Assembly (NCBI GenBank): GCA_964580055.1
Contig: CAZOJI010000003.1
Coordinates: 35,511-99,510 of the forward strand
DNA length: 64,000 bases
Direction of reading: 5' to 3'
Source: an uncultured Gemmatimonadaceae bacterium
GTDB lineage: Bacteria; Gemmatimonadota; Gemmatimonadetes; Gemmatimonadales; GWC2-71-9
The notes under the pieces are model-generated. The model searched no databases, was not told where the DNA came from, and worked only from the letters and a program-made list of their open reading frames with translations. The stretch's first letter is position 1, and every line of letters starts with the position of its first letter. The translations under genes were made by a program, and so were the position numbers. This document shows, one piece after another, positions 8,314 to 18,493 of this stretch.

Positions 8314-9662
8314 GAGGGGAACATGTCCATTAGAGGGCCAGCGGCATCCGGCAGGGCGAACATTACAAGGGAATCACCGGCCGCCAGCTTGTCCTCGCCC
8401 CGCGGCACAATGGGATCTTTGGCCGAGGTTCGAACGATAGCCGCGACTATCGCTCCTTCGGGGAATTCGACGTCAGCCAGTCGCCTGCCCACTAGCGGTG
8501 ACGTCGACGGCACATGAAAGGAGATGGCCTCCGCATCGGTGTCCTTGAAAGTCGCTACGCTCGTGACGGTGCCACGTCGGGCATATCGAAGAATGGCATT
8601 AGCGGCCGACAGGCGGGGGCTCACGACCGCGTCCAATCCGACCCGCGTCGCGAGCGGCACATAATCGGTCTTGTTCACCAGCGTCACCACCTGCTTTGCG
8701 CCTGCATGTTGCGCGAGAACCGCAGCTAATATGTTCTTCTCATCGTGATCCGTGAGTGCCACGAAGCCATCCACACCGGCTACGCCCTCCATCTCCAGCA
8801 GTTCGACATCGGTCGCATCTCCGTTCAAGACCAGCGCTTGATTCAGCTTTCCGGCCAGCTCCTGCGCCCTCTCCCTCTCCTTCACCAACATGATAGCCTG
8901 CGCCCGATGTTGATCCAGCAAAACCGCGAGGTAATATGCCTCCAGGCTCCCACCAGCGATCATCACACGGTGAACACGGGATTGCCGGTACCCGCATAGC
9001 TCCAGTCCTTGGGGAACCATCTTTCCCGTAACCACGAAGTAGACGAGATCGCCACTCCGAATCTCGGTGCCCCCAGCGGGCACAATGGTTTCCCCACCTC
9101 TAATCAGGGCCACCGTCAACATCGAGTCTCCGCCGTATTCTGCACCGATATCGGCTAGGGTCCGCCCCGCCACGGGAGCATTTTCTGTAACGCGCACCCC
9201 GACCAGCTGCACTGCGCCGCCGGCAAACGTGGCGACGTCTGCGGCGGCAGTTGCCTGCAACAATCGTGTCGTCTCTATGGCAAGCTCCCGCTCGGGGTTG
9301 ATCATCACATCGACACCGAAGACTTCGGGATTTAGATGTGCACCGTCAGAGTAGAAATCCGGATTGGATACGCGTGCCACCCTCATGAGGTTCTTGACAC
9401 CGCGCACACTCATGCAGGAAACGAGGTTGGCTTCGTCTACGTTGGTTACTGCGATCAGCAAACCGGCTCTTTTGATGCCTGCCTTTTCGAGCACCGAAAC
9501 ACTCGCCCCGCTGCCTTCTACAATTGCGACGTCCAGGTGGCTCTGCACATAGTCGAGGCGCTCTGGGCGAACGTCGACCACAACAACATCTTGCCCTTCC
9601 CTGGACAGTCGTTCAGCGACGTGAAATCCGACCTCACCAGCCCCAACGACGATTACCCGCAT
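8310..9662 (-). CDS. trkA: Trk system NAD-binding subunit TrkA (tandem RCK)
   Basis: 450 aa with two Rossmann GxGxxG units (MRVIVVGAGEVGFHVAERL; VMIAGGSLEAYYLAVLL), each followed by a TrkA-C region. Confidence 0.9.
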   Translation of the reverse strand: MRVIVVGAGEVGFHVAERLSREGQDVVVVDVRPERLDYVQSHLDVAIVEGSGASVSVLEKAGIKRAGLLIAVTNVDEANLVSCMSVRGVKNLMRVARVSNPDFYSDGAHLNPEVFGVDVMINPERELAIETTRLLQATAAADVATFAGGAVQLVGVRVTENAPVAGRTLADIGAEYGGDSMLTVALIRGGETIVPAGGTEIRSGDLVYFVVTGKMVPQGLELCGYRQSRVHRVMIAGGSLEAYYLAVLLDQHRAQAIMLVKERERAQELAGKLNQALVLNGDATDVELLEMEGVAGVDGFVALTDHDEKNILAAVLAQHAGAKQVVTLVNKTDYVPLATRVGLDAVVSPRLSAANAILRYARRGTVTSVATFKDTDAEAISFHVPSTSPLVGRRLADVEFPEGAIVAAIVRTSAKDPIVPRGEDKLAAGDSLVMFALPDAAGPLMDMFPS

Positions 9663-9676
9663 CCTGGGCCTCCTTA

Positions 9677-10708
9677 CTATCCCAAAGCTCTGGCTGCCAC
9701 ATCAGCCGCCCTCTCCACCTCCTCTGTGGTGACATCCAGATGTGTCACTGCTCGAAGGCGCGTCGGTCCAAACGGAACCATTAAGACCCCGGCTTCGGCG
9801 AGCGTCGCAAGGGCAGATTCGGCGGTTTGACCCACAGCCTTGAGATCCAACATGACAATGTTGGTATCCGGGACTGTGGCCTGGACGTTTGGATGGCCAT
9901 CGAAGCGTTCCGCAAGCAGTTTCGCGTTGGAGTGATCGACTTCCAGACGGCTCAGGTTGTGTTCGATCGCATACAAGCCAGCCGCAGCGAGAATGCCGGA
10001 TTGACGCATTGCACCGCCAAAACGTCGGCGTACGTGCCTGGCTCTCGAAATCAGAAATGCGTCACCGGCCAAACAACTGCCTACAGGACAACCCAGACCT
10101 TTTGACAGACACACCGAAACCGAAGATGCCCCCTTGGCAACTCTCGCAGGTGACTCGCCAAGAGCTATCGCAGCATTCCAGAGCCGTGCTCCATCCAGAT
10201 GAATCGGCACGCCCAGTTCCCCGCCAAATCGCACCAGTTCGTCCCACACGTGAAGGGGCATCACCTTCCCGCCTGCGCGATTGTGAGTGTTCTCAACCGC
10301 TATCGCACTCAACTCTGGCTCGTGCTCGGTGTGACGCAACACAGACATGATCGAATTCGCGGTCAGGACACCGTCCGCAGTACTCACAGGTCTTATCTGA
10401 ACACCGGACAGGCCAGCGACGCCGGCTTTCTCGTAGTGAATCAGATGAGCGTCCGCTTCGAGAATCAGTTCGGTGCCGCGTTGGGTGTGCAACCAGACCG
10501 CAGTCTGGTTTGTCTGTGTACCTGAGGGGAAAAACAGCGCCGCCTCCTTCCCACAGAGAGCCGCAACGGCTTCTTCGAGGCGTAGTGTCGTCGGATCTCC
10601 GTCCAGAATGTCGTCCCCGACCGGGGCCTCCGCCATGACTCGTCGCATCTCGGGTGCGGGACGAGTCACAGTATCGCTTCGCAAGTCGATCATATCTTTG
10701 ATATCCAT
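9677..10708 (-). CDS. ltaE: Low-specificity L-threonine aldolase (PLP-dependent)
   Basis: IDLRSDTVTRPAPEMRRVMAEAPVGDDILDGDPT...FFPSGTQTNQ. Start placed at ATG 10706-10708, where GGAGG lies 11 nt upstream. The ORF track begins at 10726. Confidence 0.8.
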   Translation of the reverse strand: MDIKDMIDLRSDTVTRPAPEMRRVMAEAPVGDDILDGDPTTLRLEEAVAALCGKEAALFFPSGTQTNQTAVWLHTQRGTELILEADAHLIHYEKAGVAGLSGVQIRPVSTADGVLTANSIMSVLRHTEHEPELSAIAVENTHNRAGGKVMPLHVWDELVRFGGELGVPIHLDGARLWNAAIALGESPARVAKGASSVSVCLSKGLGCPVGSCLAGDAFLISRARHVRRRFGGAMRQSGILAAAGLYAIEHNLSRLEVDHSNAKLLAERFDGHPNVQATVPDTNIVMLDLKAVGQTAESALATLAEAGVLMVPFGPTRLRAVTHLDVTTEEVERAADVAARALG

Positions 10709-11292
10709 CAGGACGCATGCCTCCATATCTCAAAATCGAGCTTTCTGTCACCGAATTCACAGCCAAACGAAAAAACAACACATGCGGTGAAATACATCCA
10801 AGACACGGGACGCACCAGAGGGATCGCGTTGCCGTCAGAAATCAGACGGGTGAGAGTCGCAGACTCCGTCAAGTGCTCAGCTTCCGATTTATCGTCACCT
10901 CGGGGACAGTTCGCGCACCGGAGAGTAACGGCTTCGAAAGCCATGACAACGAGGGAGAATCGGACTTGGACAGTTGGCGACGGTTCTCTCGCACACCTCT
11001 AGGCGTTCCTCCACCTGGTGTCGAGCATCCGGCAACCTGGGACCGGCAGCAGGCATCCGATCCACAAATGGACGTGTCACCTCGTCTCCCACGAAATCCA
11101 GCAGCCGGGCAATTGCGGCGGCTGGCAGCAGGAAGGTTGGTGCGGTTATCTGCGCATGGAGGGTGAGAACGCCAGCCAAAAGCGGTATGGTGTCGTCACA
11201 GGATGCAGCAGCATCGCTGCCTGCTGCGCCACGCGACTCCCCCCATCCCTTCTTCCGGCCAGCACTCAGTAGGGCGAGCGTATTTCCGCGTC

Positions 11293-11763
11293 CTACTCGG
11301 TCTTTTCCTCGACCGGTTCGTCTTCCTCGTCCAGCCCCTCAGCGCCAGATGCGTCGTCTGCTGCGCCGCCCCCGGCACCCTTTCTCGCCTCACGAGCATC
11401 CGAGAACCGCCGTTCCAATTCCTCGCGCGCTGAATGAACGGTTTCCTTGCCCGCCTCAACTGCGTCGTAAGCGCCCGCACGTACTTCTGTGAGGCCACTG
11501 CGCGCAGTATCCAGACCTTCCTCGACCCGGGCTTTCGCCTGCTCGTAACCGTCTTCGATCCGGCCTTGAAGGTCCTCGGCAGAATCCTGCGCTCTGGAGC
11601 GCAATTTACGCCCCTTCGCTCTGAGGACTTCTCTGGTTTCCTCACCACTCCGAGGAGCCATCAAGAGCGCGATCCCCGCACCACACAACGCCCCCCAGAA
11701 AAACGAAGCGAGTCCACCTGAGCGTTCTACAATCACGACGGGACGGTTGTCTTCGCTTGCCAT
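11293..11763 (-). CDS. YtxH domain-containing stress-type protein
   Basis: MASEDNRPVVIVERSGGLASFFWGALCGAGIALLMAPRSGEETREVLR is followed by coiled-coil/LEA-like repeats. A strong AAGGAGAG SD precedes ATG 11761-11763. Confidence 0.6.
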   Translation of the reverse strand: MASEDNRPVVIVERSGGLASFFWGALCGAGIALLMAPRSGEETREVLRAKGRKLRSRAQDSAEDLQGRIEDGYEQAKARVEEGLDTARSGLTEVRAGAYDAVEAGKETVHSAREELERRFSDAREARKGAGGGAADDASGAEGLDEEDEPVEEKTE

Positions 11764-11869
11764 GTACTCTCCTTGTGGTGACCCCGAATCAAACAATACG
11801 AGCGAACGCCGCAGCGGCGTTTTCGAACGCTGGTAACATTCTGAAAGTTACCTGTACAATATGGGCCCG

Positions 11870-12640
11870 TCAAAACGCAAGCTCCAACCCGTCGTAAGCC
11901 GGTTCGATCCCTGAGGGAAGCCGCTCCAAGAACTCGGCATGCGTGTGCCTGTGTGTCAGATGGGTGAGGTACGTGCGCACTGCACCAACGCTTTGGGCGA
12001 ATTCAACAGCTTCGTCGATCGAGAAGTGAGTCGGATGAGAACGGTCGAGGAGGGCACTGACCACCAGGACCTTGAGGCCACTCAGCAGTTCGACGGTATC
12101 AGGAGGCACCGTCTTTACGTCCGTGAGATACGCCAGATCTCCAATCCGATATCCTAGTATGCATGCGTTGCCGTGACTCAGATTGAGCGGAATGACATTC
12201 AAGTCTCCAACGAGAACCTCCCGTCCGGACGCGATAGGCAAAGGAGACAGTTCTGGCTTCGAAGTGCCTCGTGGTGGCACGATATTCTTGTCGAATATGT
12301 ATGGAAACCGTTGCTGCAGGCCACGGAGCACCTCGGGTCGACCGTAGACCGGCAGTGTACCACGCCGCATCGAAATCGGACGAAGGTCGTCAATACCATG
12401 CACATGATCAGCATGGTCGTGAGTATAGAACACGGCGTCTACGGTATCGATACCAGCGCTGAGGAGCTGCAAACGTAGCTCTGGGGGCGTATCGATGAGC
12501 ACCCGCGAATCCGCATCTTCCACGATCGCAGCGGATCTGGTGCGTGCATCGCGTGGATCGGGCGATTTGCACACGCGGCAATCGCACCCAATCTGCGGTA
12601 GACCGAAAGAGGTTCCTGATCCCAGGATGATGATGCGCAT
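11870..12640 (-). CDS. MBL-fold metallo-hydrolase (PhnP/GPP-like)
   Basis: MRIIILGSGTSFGLP...CDCRVC...FYTHDHADHVHGIDDL (HxHxDH motif). Confidence 0.75.
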   Translation of the reverse strand: MRIIILGSGTSFGLPQIGCDCRVCKSPDPRDARTRSAAIVEDADSRVLIDTPPELRLQLLSAGIDTVDAVFYTHDHADHVHGIDDLRPISMRRGTLPVYGRPEVLRGLQQRFPYIFDKNIVPPRGTSKPELSPLPIASGREVLVGDLNVIPLNLSHGNACILGYRIGDLAYLTDVKTVPPDTVELLSGLKVLVVSALLDRSHPTHFSIDEAVEFAQSVGAVRTYLTHLTHRHTHAEFLERLPSGIEPAYDGLELAF

Positions 12641-12718
12641 CTCAGCGGTACGGAAGGCGAGCCTCGCCGAAGCGGCACCCTTCCTGGCGAATAGGGGTCG
12701 ATTGACGTCTTGGGGACA

Positions 12719-13486
12719 TCATTTGCGCGCCAGCACGAGGTCGGCCAGAGCCGGCAACGCGTTTGCTGCAGTGTCCGCTATCCAGACATCGGCTTCGTCG
12801 CTGATCGGCGTCCTGCTTGGGTTCACGTCGATCACCGGGCAGCCACGCCTCAAGGCAATCGAAGGTAACTCCGCGGCAGGATACACCACGGCCGACGTGC
12901 CGACAACGAGCAGCGCATCGCAACGCCCTACCGCCGCCCAAGCCCGCTCCACGGCATCCGCAGGAAGCATCTCGCCGAACCAGACGACACCGGGCCGGAC
13001 CATGCTGCCACATATTGAGCAGCGAGGGGGATCCACCTCGCCATCCTCACTGGCCTCGAGCTCCCTGAGCCCCGACGCATCGAATGGATGCCCGTTGTCG
13101 AAGCACCTGAACGCCTCGAGAGAGCCGTGCAACTCCACAACCCGACGGCTGCCAGACCTGCGGTGAAAACCGTCCACGTTTTGCGTGACGACCAATAGAT
13201 CTTCGAAAAGATCCTCAATCCGCACCAGAGCATGATAACCTGCGTGCGGTTCCACGCTATGCACCAGATTCCAACGCCACACATACCAACCGAAGACTCG
13301 CGATGGCCTGCTGAGAAACGCCTGTGGATTGGCCAATTCTTGCGGGTCGAAGCGTGCCCAGAGCCCCGTCATAGCGTCACGGAATGTAGGCACACCGGAA
13401 TCACGAGACATACCGGCACCGGTCGCAACCACGAGTTTCTGCGCGTCCGAGAGTATCGATGCAGCTCTTTCGAGTTCAGCTCCCAT
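12719..13486 (-). CDS. cobB: NAD-dependent protein deacylase, Sir2 family
   Basis: TGAGMSRDSGVPTFRD...VVTQNVDGFHRRSGS..VVELHGS...CSICGSMVRPGVVWFGE...LVVGTSAVVYPAA. Confidence 0.85.
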   Translation of the reverse strand: MGAELERAASILSDAQKLVVATGAGMSRDSGVPTFRDAMTGLWARFDPQELANPQAFLSRPSRVFGWYVWRWNLVHSVEPHAGYHALVRIEDLFEDLLVVTQNVDGFHRRSGSRRVVELHGSLEAFRCFDNGHPFDASGLRELEASEDGEVDPPRCSICGSMVRPGVVWFGEMLPADAVERAWAAVGRCDALLVVGTSAVVYPAAELPSIALRRGCPVIDVNPSRTPISDEADVWIADTAANALPALADLVLARK

Positions 13487-13576
13487 CTTGGATCAACCTT
13501 TCAAACGGTATTCGTTACGAGGGCTTATCGGCACTCCGTATCTGTCAACGGAACCGCAGCGACACGAATGGCCTTT

Positions 13577-14809
13577 TCAGTCTCCCCTCCTACCGAATCT
13601 GCGTTGTACGTATTCGTTCAAGATCTCGATGAAGTCTTCGCCAATCCTATCGCCTTTCAGCGTTGTCGAAAGCTCGCCATCCACATAAACGGGGGCTCTG
13701 AGCTCCTCAGCAACGCCGGGAAGCGATATGCCAATGTCTGCGTGCTGCGACTCCCCAGGCCCGTTGACCACGCAACCCATGACCGCCACTCGCATCCTCT
13801 CCACACCGGGAAACCGTACTTGCCAGGAAGGCATCTGCCGCCGCAGGTGAGCATCTACCTGACCGGCGAGTTCCTGGAATCCTTTGCTCGACGTACGACC
13901 ACATCCCGGACAAGCGGTGACCTGCGGAGCAAAACACCTGAGCCCAAGTGCTTGAAGGATTTCCTGAGCTACACGCACTTCCTCTGTCCGATTTGCCTCG
14001 GCCGATGGGGTCAGAGAGACTCGGATCGTATCGCCAATTCCCTGATGCAGCAGCACCGCGAGGCCCGCTGTGCTGAACACGACTCCGCGGCTGCCGATCC
14101 CTGCCTCGGTGAGACCCAAGTGCAGCGGGTAGTCGGTTCGATCGGCCAACATTCCATACACATCAATGAGATCTAGTACTTGAGACATCTTGGCGGACAG
14201 GACAATGCGGTCATGAGACAGGCCGAGTTGCTCGCTCAATTCGGCCGACCGCACGGCGCTCTCAACCATTGCACGCAGGGTCACCTCCCGGGCGCTCGAG
14301 GGGGTAGCCGATCGCGCGTTTGCCTCCATCAACTCAGAGAGCAACCTCTTGTCCAGCGATCCCCAGTTCACGCCGATGCGAATCGGCCGATCATTCTCGG
14401 TCGCGACCCTGATGATGGTTGCGAAGTTCTCGTCCCTGCGGCTACCTCCAACATTACCTGGATTGATGCGGTACTTCGACAAAGCTTTCGCACAGGCCGG
14501 ATGCTTAACCAGCAGGTGATGCCCGTTGAAGTGAAAATCGCCGATGAGAGGTACGGTCACTCCCTGATCGGCGAGCCGTTCACGGATTTCGGGCACTGCG
14601 GCTGCCGCAACCGAATTGTTGACCGTCATCCTGACCAGCTCACTGCCCGCGGCAGCCAACGCGGCCACCTGTTCCACGGTTGCCCGCACATCCGCTGTGG
14701 GTGTGTTGGTCATCGACTGCACCACGACAGGGTGCGCGGAGCCGATGGGCACGGCGCCTACATATGTCGAAACCGTGGGACGACGATTCACGGGTGTCAT
14801 CGATTTCAA
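13577..14809 (-). CDS. ispG: 4-hydroxy-3-methylbut-2-en-1-yl diphosphate synthase (MEP pathway)
   Basis: 410 aa: [15 protein letters not shown]...RMTVNN...[10 protein letters not shown]...RINPGN...CPGCGRT...[10 protein letters not shown]. Confidence 0.9.
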   Translation of the reverse strand: MKSMTPVNRRPTVSTYVGAVPIGSAHPVVVQSMTNTPTADVRATVEQVAALAAAGSELVRMTVNNSVAAAAVPEIRERLADQGVTVPLIGDFHFNGHHLLVKHPACAKALSKYRINPGNVGGSRRDENFATIIRVATENDRPIRIGVNWGSLDKRLLSELMEANARSATPSSAREVTLRAMVESAVRSAELSEQLGLSHDRIVLSAKMSQVLDLIDVYGMLADRTDYPLHLGLTEAGIGSRGVVFSTAGLAVLLHQGIGDTIRVSLTPSAEANRTEEVRVAQEILQALGLRCFAPQVTACPGCGRTSSKGFQELAGQVDAHLRRQMPSWQVRFPGVERMRVAVMGCVVNGPGESQHADIGISLPGVAEELRAPVYVDGELSTTLKGDRIGEDFIEILNEYVQRRFGRRGD

Positions 14810-14870
14810 TATAGGTCAGTATCGCACGACAGCGGAGGACAACTTCGACAAAGCGACGCGCCGAGTTACC

Positions 14871-15224
14871 CTAGCAGGGATTGGCCCAATCTACTTCGGA
14901 CAACTCCTTGCATCTGGGGCAACGAGCCTCGTTCGCACCTTGAGCAATCGCCATGCGTGCGCGGCATAGAGGACAAACACCGTAGACAGGTCCGAGTTTC
15001 GCTGTGCTCGCGCGCAATGCGGCCTGCTCGTCCGGATTCCGGCTAACAACACTCCATTTCTTCGGTTGTTCATCAGTGAACTCGAGGCTGGAGCGATTCA
15101 CGGGTCTGTTGGTCTTGTTAACGTCAAGCAATACAATCTCCGACTCACCGTCTCCCACCACTGGATACCATGCACCACGCCGGAGCCCGTGAGCCTCTTC
15201 TCTAAAGACGCGCGCCCATCTCAT
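14871..15224 (-). CDS. Hypothetical protein with C-terminal CxxC...CxxC zinc ribbon
   Basis: A GGAGGAAGG SD lies 5 nt before ATG 15222-15224. Sequence MRWARVFREEAHG...CPLCRARMAIAQGANEARCPRCK. Sits immediately downstream of nrdJ. No family recognised. Confidence 0.45.
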   Translation of the reverse strand: MRWARVFREEAHGLRRGAWYPVVGDGESEIVLLDVNKTNRPVNRSSLEFTDEQPKKWSVVSRNPDEQAALRASTAKLGPVYGVCPLCRARMAIAQGANEARCPRCKELSEVDWANPC

Positions 15225-15293
15225 GATGCCTTCCTCCACGGAGTTGGGAAATGACTCCAAAGAAAGCTCGCGTAGCCTGAGGAAATCTGCATA

Positions 15294-17792
15294 TCAGCCG
15301 CACTCGCTGAACCCGCATACGTGGCACTTCGCACATCCCTCGGCGTACTCCAGTTGGGAACCACAGTCAGGACAGGCACCGGCAAGTGTTTTTGCGCCCT
15401 GAACATCCATCTGCCACAACTCACCGGTCTCACCCGGAATCTGCTTCTGCCCGACAGAAACGGCAGCATCACCGGAGGTGTCATGCTCAGCTAACAACTC
15501 CTGCTGAATCCCCTGCTTGTCCTGCATCCATTTTTCCATGGCGATACCAATCGCGTCGGGCACTGATAGAACCTTGTTCGGGCCCAGCCCTGTAACCCGG
15601 TCAGATGATATTCCTCGCAGCTGACGGTGGACTTCCAGAATTGGAATGCCGGAACGAAGTGCCAGGGAGATCAGGCGTCCAATGGCTTCGACGTCGGCCA
15701 TGAGAGCACCACCAGCCTTACCAAGAGTCATGAAGACTTCGAATGGCTGGCCTTTATCATCCTCCGTGATCGTGACATAGAGGGTACCTAGAGGAGTCTC
15801 AACCCGCCTGGTCGAACCCTTCAGCAGTTCGGGACGTGACCGCTTGGCCCTTCTCTGCAGATTCTCCGCCTCACTTTCGTGCAACAGTTTCTTGGTGCGA
15901 GCCAGCTCCGCCTCCAGTTCGGCGTTCGTCGCGCGAAGCTCGGTTATCTGATCGTTCGGCCTGCGTCCCGTACCACCATCACCATTGTCGTCTGCCGCGT
16001 GCTTTGCACTACTGCCGGTGGCCAACACCTGCATGTCTCGGCTGCCGTCTCTATATACCGTCACTCCTTTGCACCCCAAGCGACAGGCGCGTTCGTAGAT
16101 TTCTCGTACGTCCTCCTCGGTGGCATCCTGGGGGAAGTTGCAGGTTTTGCTTATTGCACTATCAGTGAATTCCTGAAATGCGGCCTGCATCTCGATGTGC
16201 CACTCCGGGGTCACTTCATGAGCGGTAACGAATACTTCCCGCCATTTGCTGGGAACTTCGTCAAAGTGAATGTGGCCTGCGTCGGCGATCTTCTGGATCA
16301 GATCGCTAGAATACCAACCTTCCTGCTTAGCGATTCTCACGAAATCTTCGTTGACATCAGTCATGAGTGTTCCGGCCTGGCGCCGCTGGAACGCCACGGC
16401 AAATAGCGGTTCGATGCCTGAAGAACACCCAGCCAGAATCGATATCGTTCCGGTAGGAGCAACAGTAGTGAGGTTGCAGTTCCGCAGCCTGCGCTGGGGC
16501 TGGACCCGTTCGCCGACCTCATCTCTCGCGCATGTCTCGTCCGGCCCCCATATGCTTCGCTTCCACTCGGGGAAGACGCCGCGTTTTGTGGCCAGTCGCT
16601 CGCTCTCGACTTTGGCCTCTTCGTCGACGAAGACCATCAGTTTCCGCGCCCAATCGACTCCTTCCTTGGAATTGTAGGGGACTCCGATCCTGATTAGAAA
16701 GTCAGCCCAACCCATTATTCCCAGACCAATGCGGCGGATCCGCTGTGCCAAATAGGCTATCTGCCGCAGGGGATATCTGTTGACGTCGATAACGTTGTCG
16801 AGGAAATGGGTGCACAGATGCACCGCCCGACGAAGGCCTTCCCAATCGACGTCGCCGTTGCGTGCAAACTCACCAACATTGATCGAACCAAGGTTGCATA
16901 CGTCGTAGGGCAACAGCGGCTGTTCCCCGCAAGGATTGGTAGCCTCATAACTACCCATGTGTGGCACCGGATTGAATCGGTTGGCCTGATCAATGAAGAA
17001 CACACCAGGCTCCCCTGTTTTCCAGGCACCGTGTACGATTCTGCGGAACACTTCAGGGGCATTCAACCGATCCACTACTTCACCGGTGCGAGGATGGATG
17101 AGTTCGTAATCCTCGCCGGCCGCCACAGCACTCATGAACCTCTCGGTGACAGCGACGGAGATGTTGAAGTTAGTGGTCTTGGACGTATCGTCTTTGCAAC
17201 TGATGAACTCCAGAATGTCTGGATGGTCCACACGCAGGATTCCCATGTTCGCACCACGCCGCGTCCCTCCCTGTTTGACGACCTCTGTGGACGAATCGTA
17301 TAGCGACATGAAGGAAACCGGCCCCGAGGCGACACCCATGGTAGATCTCACCACATCGTTCTTGGGCCGGAGCCTCGAGAACCCGAAACCTGTACCGCCG
17401 CCGGATTGATGGACCAATGCCATGTTGCGCAGCGTGTCGTAGATGCCCGACTCACCGTTCGAAAGAGAGTCGTCTACCGGCAGTACGAAACACGCGGATA
17501 GCTGCCCAAGAGGCCGCCCAGCATTCATCAGGGTGGGACTGTTCGGCATCCAGACGCGCGAAGCCATCAACGCGACGAACTCTTCTGCCAGGGCTTCTAC
17601 GGCGCTCTGACTGGCGCCGTAATCAGCGTCAGCCGCCGCGATCGTGCGCCCAACGCGCCAGAGCAGGTCCTCCGGGCCCTCGGCAGGGTTTCCGTCGTCA
17701 TCCTTTATGAGGTAACGGGCCTTGAGAACCGTTATCGCATTCTCGGAGAACTGGAGACCCACGCTTTTGCTGGGCTGTCTGGAGTTGACCAT
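15294..17792 (-). CDS. nrdJ: Adenosylcobalamin-dependent (class II) ribonucleotide reductase
   Basis: MPNSPTLMNAG..., NPCGEQPL (active-site Cys/Glu), a TSCPD-like segment TPLGTLYVTITEDDKGQPFEVFMTLGKAGG, and a C-terminal CPDCGSQLEYAEGCAKCHVCGFSECG. ATG 17790-17792 is preceded by AGGAG; the ORF-track start at 17813 is a TTG. Confidence 0.9.
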   Translation of the reverse strand: MVNSRQPSKSVGLQFSENAITVLKARYLIKDDDGNPAEGPEDLLWRVGRTIAAADADYGASQSAVEALAEEFVALMASRVWMPNSPTLMNAGRPLGQLSACFVLPVDDSLSNGESGIYDTLRNMALVHQSGGGTGFGFSRLRPKNDVVRSTMGVASGPVSFMSLYDSSTEVVKQGGTRRGANMGILRVDHPDILEFISCKDDTSKTTNFNISVAVTERFMSAVAAGEDYELIHPRTGEVVDRLNAPEVFRRIVHGAWKTGEPGVFFIDQANRFNPVPHMGSYEATNPCGEQPLLPYDVCNLGSINVGEFARNGDVDWEGLRRAVHLCTHFLDNVIDVNRYPLRQIAYLAQRIRRIGLGIMGWADFLIRIGVPYNSKEGVDWARKLMVFVDEEAKVESERLATKRGVFPEWKRSIWGPDETCARDEVGERVQPQRRLRNCNLTTVAPTGTISILAGCSSGIEPLFAVAFQRRQAGTLMTDVNEDFVRIAKQEGWYSSDLIQKIADAGHIHFDEVPSKWREVFVTAHEVTPEWHIEMQAAFQEFTDSAISKTCNFPQDATEEDVREIYERACRLGCKGVTVYRDGSRDMQVLATGSSAKHAADDNGDGGTGRRPNDQITELRATNAELEAELARTKKLLHESEAENLQRRAKRSRPELLKGSTRRVETPLGTLYVTITEDDKGQPFEVFMTLGKAGGALMADVEAIGRLISLALRSGIPILEVHRQLRGISSDRVTGLGPNKVLSVPDAIGIAMEKWMQDKQGIQQELLAEHDTSGDAAVSVGQKQIPGETGELWQMDVQGAKTLAGACPDCGSQLEYAEGCAKCHVCGFSECG

Positions 17793-17970
17793 AAAGGCTC
17801 CTGCGCCGCTCAAAGAGCGAGTTTTGGGTACTCGTAGATTGAGTATTGGCTATTTAGAAGGAACAAATCGGTGGCATGCGTCACCGCGCGGAAAGAGATA
17901 TTAGGCACTCTAGACACCTGCGCAAGAGGAGTCATGACCAGCGACTCGGGGGCGGAAACGAGATTCAACA

Positions 17971-18486
17971 TCACAAACCTGCCACCGGTAACATGGAATG
18001 CTTCAGCACTTTGCCCGACCTGTGGAGCCGTGCCAACTCCAGATAGTGCCGTACCGTTTCTCCAATACGCTTCCTCAGCTCGTCGTCAACGTCTCTCACC
18101 ACCTTCCCTGGCACACCTAATACCATGGAGCCAGGCGGCACCTCGGTGTCTTCAGTGAGCAGTGCTCCAGCTCCCACCACCGATCCCCTTCCGACCTTAA
18201 CACCGTTCAGTAAAACCGCTCCCATACCGATCAGGCAGTCATCGCCTACCTCACACCCGTGAAGAATCGCCCTGTGTCCGACTCCCACTCGTTCCCCCAC
18301 CGTGCACGGCAGATCAATATCGACATGCAGCACTGCGAGATCCTGGATATTGGTGTACGCACCGATGGAGATGGGAGCCATGTCAGCTCTCACAACCGAG
18401 TTGTACCAGACGCTCGACTCGACACCCATAGTCACGTCCCCCATGACAACGGCGCCAGGGGCTATGAAAACACTGGGGTCTATCAC
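17971..18486 (-). CDS. Gamma-carbonic anhydrase-like / hexapeptide-repeat (LbH) protein
   Basis: 171 aa: IAPGAVVMGDVTMGVESSVWYNSVVRAD...IGAYTNIQDLAVLHVD...GHRAILHGC. Lies 7 nt downstream of the kinase gene. Confidence 0.8.
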   Translation of the reverse strand: MIDPSVFIAPGAVVMGDVTMGVESSVWYNSVVRADMAPISIGAYTNIQDLAVLHVDIDLPCTVGERVGVGHRAILHGCEVGDDCLIGMGAVLLNGVKVGRGSVVGAGALLTEDTEVPPGSMVLGVPGKVVRDVDDELRKRIGETVRHYLELARLHRSGKVLKHSMLPVAGL

Positions 18487-18493
18487 TGGATGA

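Noticed and set aside
10900-11290. tmRNA, RNase P RNA or glycine riboswitch in the ltaE upstream gap
   Set aside because: A GGGGAC start and a CACCGGAGAG string caught my eye. However, there is no tRNA-like 3' end (GGTTCGA...CCACCA), no GGAAAGTCCGGGC core and no tandem glycine aptamer. The orientation also does not fit a downstream gene.
13232-15046. 314-aa and 288-aa plus-strand ORFs antisense to ispG
   Set aside because: They are Arg/His-rich nonsense sequences opposite a clearly conserved IspG, so they are shadow ORFs. The same applies to 30765-31634 (antisense to priA), 35653-36399 (glyQS), 51842-52609, 54561-55433, 55602-56297 and 57317-57985 (r-protein genes and tuf).
17793-17970. Cobalamin riboswitch or NrdR boxes upstream of nrdJ
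   Set aside because: I found no B12-box-like core and no pair of ACACNATATATNGTGT-type palindromes. There is only a weak 5-bp inverted repeat (TACTC-7 nt-GAGTA at 17829-17845). This is insufficient to call.
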